This document shows positions 1 through 8,110 of a DNA stretch of 53,847 nucleotides, piece by piece. A program made the position numbers and the translations under genes. The stretch's first letter is position 1, and each line of letters opens with the position of its first letter. The stretch is taken from NCBI GenBank assembly GCA_964641265.1, contig CAZXKS010000001.1, positions 12,793 through 66,639 of the forward strand. Direction: 5' to 3'. The DNA is from an uncultured Methanosarcinales archaeon (GTDB lineage Archaea; Nanobdellota; Nanobdellia; Woesearchaeales; ARS49). The notes beneath the pieces were generated by a model. That model was not told the DNA's origin. It was given only the letters and a program-made list of their open reading frames with translations, and did no database searches.

Positions 1-1583
1 TGCTGTACCACTCTGCTCAAATCACATGCTTGTGATATTAGTTTGCCGTCTTTGAATGCTGTGAATGGGTTGTCGCACCAGTTTCTTACTTGTGTGAATT
101 GTGGTGCTGTGTCTCCGCAGCATGTTAGCGTGTTTTTGGCTCCATTCAATTCGAATTCTTCGCTTGTGCAGCATGCTGCCGCGTATCTCATTTTTGGACT
201 TCCTCCGCCTTGTCCTGCCGGTGGTGCTTGCCGTTCTCTGACTTCTACTCTGCAGTCATCGGCGCTTGCTGGAATGTCTTGGTGCACGTCGTCGCTTACT
301 TCTAGTGCTGGTGGTGGGCCGTCGATTATTCCGAACGTGTACCCGCCTAGCGGTATTGATGGCGATGATAAAAACGTGATTTGGTATATGTTGAATGTTC
401 CGCTTCCTGCCAGGAATGGTTGTATGACTTTTGTGTGGACTGTTGTGATTAGTCCTGATGCTGGCGTGTATGCGTGGAGTAGTGAGCTGCCTGCTATTTG
501 GTTGGTTGGTGGTAGTGATGGGTCGAAGTTTGTGTCATCGAATGTGTCTTGTTCGAATACTCCTCCTATGTCTGGTGGCGAGCTTGGGTTGAACACTCTG
601 TATGTTACCGTGACTGGGTCTCCTTGGAATATTGTGCTTGGGCTTGCAATGCATGATTTGATAACTTCTTCTTCTTCATTGTTGCCTACTGTTATTTGTC
701 CGTCTTCGTTTTCAAGTGATTGGATGCTGAATGGTTGTGCGCCATCATCTGCTGTTGCTGTTTGGAAGTGTAGTGTGCTTGTTCCGATTTTTTTCGTGTA
801 ATAGTGGATTGTCGCAATATTTGCACCGCTTCCTTGTTCGCAGTCCGCGTTTTGTACGTTTAGTCCTGAAATTGTTACGCGTGTGTTTCCTGGTTGTATG
901 TTTGAGTTTCCGTTGCCTTGGTTTATGTCTACGCCTGTAACTTGAATGATGTTTTCATCATGGGTTATGGTTATGTCGATGTTTGCTGCGCTTCTTGTTT
1001 GTGTATTTGTTAAACAAACCGGAATGTCTACTGTTTCTTGTAAATATCCATACTTTTCTGGCAGGTAGAATCCTGTTTCTCCGCTTGGAGGCGGGGGTTG
1101 CTGTTGTTGTGCTTGTACTGTTATTGTTGCTCCGCTTATTGTTGTTCCTTGTATCGGATTGCCGTTTTGGTCGCTTGCTGATAGTTGTGATGTTGCCAAG
1201 TTGTAAGTTCCTGGTGGCGTGTTTGCTGGCACGTTGTATTCTAGTCTGAATAGTTGTCCGTTGGCTGGTGTTATTCCTTGCGTGTTGCCTCCAAAGACCG
1301 CGTATGGAGTGATTCTGTCTGCGTTGTTTTGTGTTACTCCGTTTAGGCTTCCTGTTAGTCGTGAGCTTGGTGTTCCTGAAACAAATGTTATTTGGCTTGT
1401 TGGATTTTCATCAACTTTTACTGAGAATGCCCAGAATGGTTGGTCGTTGTTGGCGTTTAAGTCGACATATACATCGTCTCCTGGGTTGACATTTTGTGCG
1501 CTTGGCGTTAGTGAGAAAGTTAGGGCAGCGCTTACGCTGGGTAATATCAGGGCCAGTGTTAGTAATAGTTTTATTGTTTTCAT
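1..1583 (-). CDS. Secreted protein with two tandem cohesin-like modules (start complete; 3' end runs off the window start)
   Basis: Absent from the ORF track. Hand translation of the minus strand from ATG at 1583 stays open to position 1 (about 527 codons): MKTIKLLLTLALILPSVSAALTFSLTPSAQNVNPGDDVYVDLNANNDQPFWAFSVKVDENP... Signal peptide. Two ~135-aa segments show a cohesin-like pattern (PGD.V.V.L, G.LF.LEY.V..PGTY.L, G.TITV; second copy ETVDIPVCL...ANIATIHYYTKKIGTSTLHF...DGQITV). ATGA overlap with the upstream gene at 1580-1583. Confidence 0.6.
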   Translation of the reverse strand, partial: MKTIKLLLTLALILPSVSAALTFSLTPSAQNVNPGDDVYVDLNANNDQPFWAFSVKVDENPTSQITFVSGTPSSRLTGSLNGVTQNNADRITPYAVFGGNTQGITPANGQLFRLEYNVPANTPPGTYNLATSQLSASDQNGNPIQGTTISGATITVQAQQQQPPPPSGETGFYLPEKYGYLQETVDIPVCLTNTQTRSAANIDITITHDENIIQVTGVDINQGNGNSNIQPGNTRVTISGLNVQNADCEQGSGANIATIHYYTKKIGTSTLHFQTATADDGAQPFSIQSLENEDGQITVGNNEEEEVIKSCIASPSTIFQGDPVTVTYRVFNPSSPPDIGGVFEQDTFDDTNFDPSLPPTNQIAGSSLLHAYTPASGLITTVHTKVIQPFLAGSGTFNIYQITFLSSPSIPLGGYTFGIIDGPPPALEVSDDVHQDIPASADDCRVEVRERQAPPAGQGGGSPKMRYAAACCTSEEFELNGAKNTLTCCGDTAPQFTQVRNWCDNPFTAFKDGKLISQACDLSRVVQ

Positions 1584-2632
1584 GGGTTGAAGCATATCGG
1601 GCTTGATACTGGTACTGTTCTGCTGTCAGTGTTTGCCAGTTCTGTTGTTTGTAGGAATGTCATATCTGCTGCGGTAAGGAAAGTGTCGTCGTTTGGATCT
1701 GTGTCTCCTACGCAGTTTGCTCCTGAGCCTGTGCATGCTGGATTCACACAGTTTACCAGCACGCTGAAGTCTCCATTAAAGTATTGTATCCAGTTGACAA
1801 TATCGTAAACATCGATTTCATTGTCTACAACTGGCGGGTTGTCGTATTCTAGCATGTCTGTTTCAAAGTCATCCGTGCCTGAGCCGCAGCCTGGGTCGTC
1901 TGGGAAGTCTATTAGTCCATCTCCGTCATTATCTATTCCGTCGCTGCATTCTGTGTCTCCTCTTAGAAATGTGACTGGCCCTCCGTTCGTCCATGTTATT
2001 GCGAACGCGTTTACCACATTTGTTTGTGGAATGTTTGTCTGCGGAATGCTTGCTGGCTGTTCAAAATCTTGCACAACGTATGCTGTTGGTTCTTGTCCTG
2101 CCCATTTTACCATTGAAAATATTCCTAAGATAAGTATCGCGAAGATGACTTTTGTTTTAACGCTGGTGCCTTCTAACACAATGAGCATTATTGATGCTGC
2201 GACTAAGATTAGTATTAGCACGAGTACGCCGCTTTCATCTCTTTCTTCTACTGTGTATGTTATTGCTCCTGTTGGGGTTGTTGGCCTGCTTACTATTTGT
2301 GGCGGTGGTGTTGGTAAAAAGTAGAATTCTGCTATTGGTGGTGGTATGTTTTTGTCTGGCGTGTTTACTCTTCTGAATGTTACTGCGCCTTTTATGCCTC
2401 TGTTAAATAGTTCTGGGTCTGTTGGTGGTGTGAAGCTTTGTGGCACTTCTACTCCATTTGCCCGTGTTCTTATTGTTATTTGTTCTATGTTTGCGTTTTC
2501 GTCATCTACGTCTACGTTTGGGAATGTTGTGAGCGTTTTTGTTCCCGAGTCTTTGCTTGTTATGCTGATTATTTCAGCGCTTGCGCTGCCTAGAATTATC
2601 AGAAAAACAAAAAAAGCAAGGACTGGCTTCAT
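1580..2632 (-). CDS. Membrane protein with a CSDGIDNDGDG Ca-loop module and a dockerin-like C-terminal duplicated segment
   Basis: 350-aa ORF with signal/anchor MKPVLAFFVFLIILGSASA and two internal hydrophobic helices. Motifs: CSDGIDNDGDGLIDFPDDPGC, then DNEIDVYDIVNWIQYF and DTDPNDDTFLTAADMTFLQ (D.N.D......D...L dockerin-like EF-hand pattern). AGGAGGGG Shine-Dalgarno site upstream of the ATG. Confidence 0.5.
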   Translation of the reverse strand: MKPVLAFFVFLIILGSASAEIISITSKDSGTKTLTTFPNVDVDDENANIEQITIRTRANGVEVPQSFTPPTDPELFNRGIKGAVTFRRVNTPDKNIPPPIAEFYFLPTPPPQIVSRPTTPTGAITYTVEERDESGVLVLILILVAASIMLIVLEGTSVKTKVIFAILILGIFSMVKWAGQEPTAYVVQDFEQPASIPQTNIPQTNVVNAFAITWTNGGPVTFLRGDTECSDGIDNDGDGLIDFPDDPGCGSGTDDFETDMLEYDNPPVVDNEIDVYDIVNWIQYFNGDFSVLVNCVNPACTGSGANCVGDTDPNDDTFLTAADMTFLQTTELANTDSRTVPVSSPICFNP

Positions 2633-2642
2633 TCAGCCCCTC

Positions 2643-4913
2643 CTATGATCCAGCCGGTACGAATATCTCTGCCACTCCTAGCGTTGTGCTCTCTACTCGC
2701 AATATTGAGTCTATTGTTAGTGGGTCTGGCGAGCATCCGCTTACTATTATTGCAAATGCTTCTCCTGCCGCCGCGGTTATGCTTTCGCTTCCTTGGCAGT
2801 TTTGTGGTCCTTTGACTTTGGAGTTTCCGCTCGGCACTGTTGCATACCATGTTGCTGTGACTGTTTCTGAGCTTAGTGGTACTGATGTTGTTACTCCTAC
2901 TTCTATGCCGAATGTTCCTCCTGGTCCTGGTACTGAGCCTGGCATTATGTTTATGTCCGTGAATATTTCGCCGTCGTGGTGTGTGTTTGTGAATGCTAGG
3001 TCTTGTACTGCTCCCATGATTTCTGTTGGGAATATTCCGTTGTCATTGTAGTAGAGGAATGTTGCTAGTCCTCTGTTTTGCTCGTCAAACCTTCCTGTCA
3101 GGCTTATGACGTCTGGGTTTGTTCCAAAATCGTTTCCGTCTGCTAGTCCTGGGAAGCTTTGCTTGTCCAGTAAGGTGATGCATTCTGCTGGCACTCTTAT
3201 TGATCTTACGTTTTCTTCCATGTCTGTTACTTGGAAGTCGAGTGTTTGGTCTGTTGCGCTTGGGTCGTCTATTGCGTCCCAGTTCACCACAATCAGATTG
3301 TAGTCTCCTGTGTCATCTATGCTTAGCGCAGGGACTATTGTTGTGAAGTGTTCTGCTGATTCGAATTGTGCGTTGTTGTTTGAAATAGTTGCGTGCAGTG
3401 AGAGCATTGCTTCCATTGCTGTTACTGAATCTAGCACGTCTTGTTGCGGGTCGTCTTCTCCTGAGCTTTCGCTGTCATCGTCTGCGTCCACGCATTGTTG
3501 GTCTCCGGGTGGGAAGTCGATGTCACCGTCTCCGTCATTGTCTATTCCGTCGCTGCATTCTGGTGTGTTTTCCATTACAACGTCCCATCTGTAGCCTAGG
3601 AGATTTTTCGCTTCATCACCGTCTGGGTCCCATATTGTTAGTACTCCTATTATTGGCGGTTCGCCTGGTAACAAGTGTCGTCCTGTTAGGTGGCTTACCC
3701 GAACGTATTCAACATCTTCTTCTGATAATTCTAGGCTGAAGTCTTGGTGCAGGCATTCTCTTGTTTCTTGTTGTGGGTCTAGTACGATGAAGTCCCATCT
3801 TGCTTTGACTGTTCTGTCTGCTCCTAGGTTGTGGATTGCGAATATTGTTTCTAGGTTGTGGCCTGCGTCTGGTGATTCACCTAATACTGCTTTTTGTACT
3901 CCTAGGCTTGCCAGCGCGCTTGCTGGTGCCGGGTTTTGGTAGTTTTCGTTTTGTCCTGTGAATATTCCTTGTGGTGCCGCGAGTGTTGAGACCATTAGAG
4001 AGATAGGGCTTCCTGTTCCGATGAAGAATAGGTTTGATATTGCGTCTGATATTGTGCCGAAGTTTGTTACTGTTCCTTCTCCGAATATTGCTCCGTTTTG
4101 TCTTGTTGTTCTTAATACTCCCACTCCTACGTCTGTTGTTGGGCTTCCTGGTAGTAGTCCTTGTCCGAGGTTGATTCCGTTTGCTCCTCCGCCTATGTCT
4201 GTGTATCTGTATCCTGGTATGTCGAGGTTTGTCAGGCCTGCGCAATCGATGTTGTCCAGGCTGTTTGATGCGAATTCTTCGTTGTCATCAAGTGTTCTTG
4301 TGGGAATTATTGTTGGTTGTGGTGTGAAGATGTTTATTGCTATTTCTGGGAAGAATGGTGTTGAGAATGCCACGCTTGTCAGTAATGGCAGGTAGATTAG
4401 GTTTTGTGGGAATAGTCCGTATTCTCCTCCGTTGAAGTTTACGTTGAAGCTTCCTGGTGGTATTGGTGCTATGCTTCCTCCTATTGGAATGTTTGTGTTT
4501 GGTATTGTCATTCCTGCCAGGTTCTTGACTGATGATCTGCCGTTGATGTATTTTATTCCTAGGATTGGTTGGTTTATGAGGTTTGCCCCGGCGAGGTCCT
4601 CTACTACAACTACTAGTTTTCTGTCTTGTTGGTCTGGTATTGTGAGCGTGATGTCTACTATGTCTAGCGGAGTAACTACTTCTTCTACGAAGTCTGTTCT
4701 TTCAAGGCAGGTGTCGTCGAAGAATGCCCAGTGTAGTCTTACATTCACGTTGCCTAAATATTGTATGAATATTTCTTCTGAGTCTTTTATTGTTATGTCT
4801 GTGATTAGTGCTGCTGCGAAGTTGCCTTGGTCCATTACTAGGTTGCCTTGCGCGGCTGCTGGTATTGTGCTAATAAGTAATAGTACTACTAGAATAGAAA
4901 GCTGTTTTTTCAT
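2643..4913 (-). CDS. Large secreted protein of unknown function carrying the same CSDGIDNDGDG-IDFP module
   Basis: 756-aa ORF with signal peptide MKKQLSILVVLLLISTIPAAAQG and motif ECSDGIDNDGDGDIDFPPGDQQC followed by an acidic linker. GAGGTGA SD upstream. First gene of a three-gene minus-strand operon. Confidence 0.6.
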   Translation of the reverse strand: MKKQLSILVVLLLISTIPAAAQGNLVMDQGNFAAALITDITIKDSEEIFIQYLGNVNVRLHWAFFDDTCLERTDFVEEVVTPLDIVDITLTIPDQQDRKLVVVVEDLAGANLINQPILGIKYINGRSSVKNLAGMTIPNTNIPIGGSIAPIPPGSFNVNFNGGEYGLFPQNLIYLPLLTSVAFSTPFFPEIAINIFTPQPTIIPTRTLDDNEEFASNSLDNIDCAGLTNLDIPGYRYTDIGGGANGINLGQGLLPGSPTTDVGVGVLRTTRQNGAIFGEGTVTNFGTISDAISNLFFIGTGSPISLMVSTLAAPQGIFTGQNENYQNPAPASALASLGVQKAVLGESPDAGHNLETIFAIHNLGADRTVKARWDFIVLDPQQETRECLHQDFSLELSEEDVEYVRVSHLTGRHLLPGEPPIIGVLTIWDPDGDEAKNLLGYRWDVVMENTPECSDGIDNDGDGDIDFPPGDQQCVDADDDSESSGEDDPQQDVLDSVTAMEAMLSLHATISNNNAQFESAEHFTTIVPALSIDDTGDYNLIVVNWDAIDDPSATDQTLDFQVTDMEENVRSIRVPAECITLLDKQSFPGLADGNDFGTNPDVISLTGRFDEQNRGLATFLYYNDNGIFPTEIMGAVQDLAFTNTHHDGEIFTDINIMPGSVPGPGGTFGIEVGVTTSVPLSSETVTATWYATVPSGNSKVKGPQNCQGSESITAAAGEAFAIIVSGCSPDPLTIDSILRVESTTLGVAEIFVPAGS

Positions 4914-5038
4914 TGTTTCACCTCTAACCCAAAATCCCTTTTTTCTGGCTAAACTATTTGAATACCAGTATATAAAGTTTCCTAACAGATACTTTTAAAT
5001 ATTCAAGCTGTGCTTTTTGCCGTAAAGAGGTTGACGCT

Positions 5039-8000
5039 GTGAATAAGCTAATACTGCTCGTTGTTTTGTTGTTGGTTTCTTGTGTTGGTCCTGGTCAAGC
5101 TATCGCGCGTTCTAATGTTTTGATTTATGTTAAGGATTCTGCTGGTGCTCCTCTTGTTGGTGCTTGGACTGGTATTTGTTACAATAATTGCAGAGTTAGC
5201 ACTCCTTCTTTTGCTTTGACTGATGCTCGTGGTGCTGCGCTTTTCAAAGGCGTGCCTGTTGGTGCTTACCAGTTTATTGTTGTCTCTAGTCCTTCTGATT
5301 ACCAAGCCTCTCCTGCAACTGCTACTTTGGCTTCTGCGTATGTTACTGTCACTCCTGTTCAGCTTCCTCGTGCTTGGACTTATAATTTCAGGACTGGAAT
5401 TACGCCAACGGCTTTTTGTGGAGATGGCAGGTGTACTGCTCCTGAGGATTTGAACAGTTGTCCACAGGATTGCAAAAGATGCGGTGATAACATTTGTACT
5501 GTTCCTTTCGAAAATCTACAAAATTGTGCTCGGGATTGTCATGTTTGTGGCGATACAATCTGTTCTTCTCCTTATGAAGACTCGATGAATTGCCCTATCG
5601 ATTGTCCGCCGCCTCTTGCTGGTCCATCCTGTGGCGATGGCGTTTGCAATGTTCCTGCCGAGGATTCATTCAGCTGTCCTCAGGATTGCCCGCCAACTCC
5701 ACCGCCCATGTGCACTTCTGCTGCACAGTGTAATGATGCTAACCCTTGTACTGCTGATACTTGCGCGAGTGGTACTTGTATGAATACTCTATTTGCGCCC
5801 TGCTGCGGTAACGTAGTTTGTGAGCCTGGCGAAACTTATTCCAGTTGTTCTAGTGATTGTCCTCCTCCATCAGCACCAAGTTGTTCTGATGGCATTAAGA
5901 ACGGTGATGAAACTGGTCTTGATTGTGGTGGTACGTGTTCAACAACTGCCCAGGGCAGCAAGCTTTGTACTGAGGGCGATGATTGCAATCCATTCGGGAA
6001 TGTGATGGAATGCGCGAGCACCCGTTGCGACCAGGCTACTGGAAAGTGTTCTAGAGCTTATGGTGACTATCTCTGCTCGTCATGCATACTGGGTGCATCA
6101 GGTCCTGCTACCTATTCATGTCGTGGAGCTGGTTGTGGTTCTGCAACAATCGCATACAACCACTGTACTGGTGGGCCCAGTGGGACTGGTTTAGGAAGCT
6201 GTCAGAAGCCTTGTTGGTTACAACCTCCAATGACCGGTGTCAGCGCTACCCACACTGCATACTGTGACGCGATTAGTCCAGCGCTTGGCGATCAATGCGC
6301 GACCAACCCGATTACAGGCAACTATCCAATGGGTCCGCCATTATGCTTAAGGGGCCCGCCTAGCGCAACGCCGTGCACCGCAGATGCCCAATGCGCTGAA
6401 TTCAAATGCGTGAGTGGTTCGTGCGCGACACCGACAACTTGCACCGATAGCGACAGTTCGATTACAACAAAGGGTACTGTGACGAATGATTGGAACAGCT
6501 ACACTGACCAGTGCGTTGGAAGCACGTTTACCTATAATCCAAGCTTAGGCATACCGCTTAGAACGACTCATGTTAAAGAAGGAACTTGTGGTGTTTCACC
6601 CACAAATCAACAGAATGCTATTGTAAAAAGCATAACTGCGTGCCCTTCACCAAACTATTGCGAAGATGGCGCGTGCAGGACACCAACGTGTACTGATGAT
6701 GATGGTGGCAATGATCTTACAAAGAAGGGGTCTGTGACGAGTGATGGCCAGGTCTGGATGCAGAAATCGACTGACAGGTGCGAGGTTGGTGTTCCAAGCT
6801 CGATTCGTGAATACACTTGTAATGTTGATGGATCGATTAAGGAAACTCTTACTTCATGTCCTGCAGGAACGCCTTTGTGTTCTGACGGTGCTTGCATTCA
6901 GAGTGTTGACTGGGTGCGCCAGTGGGGTACTGCTTCAGCTGATTATGCTCGCGGTGTAGTTGAGGTTGGCGGTAATGCTTATGTGACTGGCGTGCAGTTC
7001 TCAGCTAACGAGATTTTTGTTCGAAAGTATGATTCTACTGGCGCTCTTGTGTGGTCGCGCGAGTTTGGAACGTCAAATCCTGATGAGGCTTACGCTATTA
7101 CTGCTGATTCAACTGGCATTTATGTGGCAGGCATTACTGCTGGCGCGTTTTCAGGTACAAATGCAGGTGGTTATGACATTTTTGTTCGTAAGTATGATTT
7201 TGATGGCAATGTTGTCTGGACTGGCCAAGCAGGGACCGCGGGTGTTGATTATGCTTATGGTGTTGCTGTTGATACTACAGGAGTGTACTTAACTGGCTTT
7301 ACAACTGGGACTTTCAGCGGCCAGTCCAGAGTTGTTCCAGGCGGAACTGATCAGGATGGTTTTGTTGTGAAGTTTGATTTGGCTGGCAATTTTGTTTTTG
7401 CTCGTCAGTTTGGAACTTCGACTGTTGACGTTTCTCAGGGCATTGCTGCTGATGGAGCAAACGTTTATGCCGTTGGTTACACGCAGGGCGCGTTGACTGG
7501 AACTAATTCAGGATACACGGACGTCTTTGTACGCAAGTATGATAGTTCTGGAAATGTTGTCTGGACGAGACAATTTGGAACTTCAGCTAGCGATTGGGGT
7601 TTCGGAATTACTGCTGACTTAGCAGGAGTGTACGCGGTTGGCGCTACACAGGGTGCTTTGTCCGGGTCAAACCTAGGCGGGCCTAATGATGCATTTATGC
7701 GCAAGTTCAAAGCAGATGGCACTGTGGAGTGGACTCAACAATTCGGAACTTCTGCACAGGACCGCGCAAATGCAGTTGATATTGGCGCTACAGGCATTTA
7801 TGTAACTGGCTTCACAACGGGTGTCATGGCGACATCAACTGGAACATACGCGGATGCCTTTGTCCGTAAGTATGATGGCGCTGGTAGCGCGTTATGGACT
7901 CGCCAGTTTGGTACTTCTCAGGCTGATGATGCCTTAGGAATTTCTGCTAATTCAGCCGTTTTTGTTTCTGGCAGTGCATCCGGCACGTTCCCTGGTCAGA

Positions 8001-8053
8001 CTAGTGCAAGTGCTTTCATACATGACGCTTATCTTGCCAAGCTGACTGGTTAA
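5039..8053 (+). CDS. Secreted mosaic protein: CarboxypepD_reg-like domain, Cys-rich repeats, C-terminal SBBP-type beta-propeller repeats
   Basis: 1004-aa ORF (GTG start, AAGAGGT SD) with signal peptide MNKLILLVVLLLVSCVGPGQA. Five CGDG.C...E....CP.DC repeats, an IKNGDETGLDCGG motif and two C.D.D(S/G)...KG.V modules. Then about 8 repeats of FVRKYD..G...W..QFGT (beta-propeller repeat pattern). Confidence 0.7.
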   Translation: MNKLILLVVLLLVSCVGPGQAIARSNVLIYVKDSAGAPLVGAWTGICYNNCRVSTPSFALTDARGAALFKGVPVGAYQFIVVSSPSDYQASPATATLASAYVTVTPVQLPRAWTYNFRTGITPTAFCGDGRCTAPEDLNSCPQDCKRCGDNICTVPFENLQNCARDCHVCGDTICSSPYEDSMNCPIDCPPPLAGPSCGDGVCNVPAEDSFSCPQDCPPTPPPMCTSAAQCNDANPCTADTCASGTCMNTLFAPCCGNVVCEPGETYSSCSSDCPPPSAPSCSDGIKNGDETGLDCGGTCSTTAQGSKLCTEGDDCNPFGNVMECASTRCDQATGKCSRAYGDYLCSSCILGASGPATYSCRGAGCGSATIAYNHCTGGPSGTGLGSCQKPCWLQPPMTGVSATHTAYCDAISPALGDQCATNPITGNYPMGPPLCLRGPPSATPCTADAQCAEFKCVSGSCATPTTCTDSDSSITTKGTVTNDWNSYTDQCVGSTFTYNPSLGIPLRTTHVKEGTCGVSPTNQQNAIVKSITACPSPNYCEDGACRTPTCTDDDGGNDLTKKGSVTSDGQVWMQKSTDRCEVGVPSSIREYTCNVDGSIKETLTSCPAGTPLCSDGACIQSVDWVRQWGTASADYARGVVEVGGNAYVTGVQFSANEIFVRKYDSTGALVWSREFGTSNPDEAYAITADSTGIYVAGITAGAFSGTNAGGYDIFVRKYDFDGNVVWTGQAGTAGVDYAYGVAVDTTGVYLTGFTTGTFSGQSRVVPGGTDQDGFVVKFDLAGNFVFARQFGTSTVDVSQGIAADGANVYAVGYTQGALTGTNSGYTDVFVRKYDSSGNVVWTRQFGTSASDWGFGITADLAGVYAVGATQGALSGSNLGGPNDAFMRKFKADGTVEWTQQFGTSAQDRANAVDIGATGIYVTGFTTGVMATSTGTYADAFVRKYDGAGSALWTRQFGTSQADDALGISANSAVFVSGSASGTFPGQTSASAFIHDAYLAKLTG

Positions 8054-8110
8054 TTTCTTGTAGTAAAGAATTTAAGCACTTGTTGTTTTCTGTTATTAAA
8101 AAAAGAGACC

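Noticed and set aside
43-1590. Five plus-strand ORFs (43..801, 731..940, 983..1249, 1219..1590 and others) listed in the track.
   Set aside because: They are Cys/Leu/Val/Ser-rich low-complexity shadows of the T/G-rich plus strand. They lie antisense to a continuous minus-strand reading frame (1..1583) that has a signal peptide and recognisable domain patterns.
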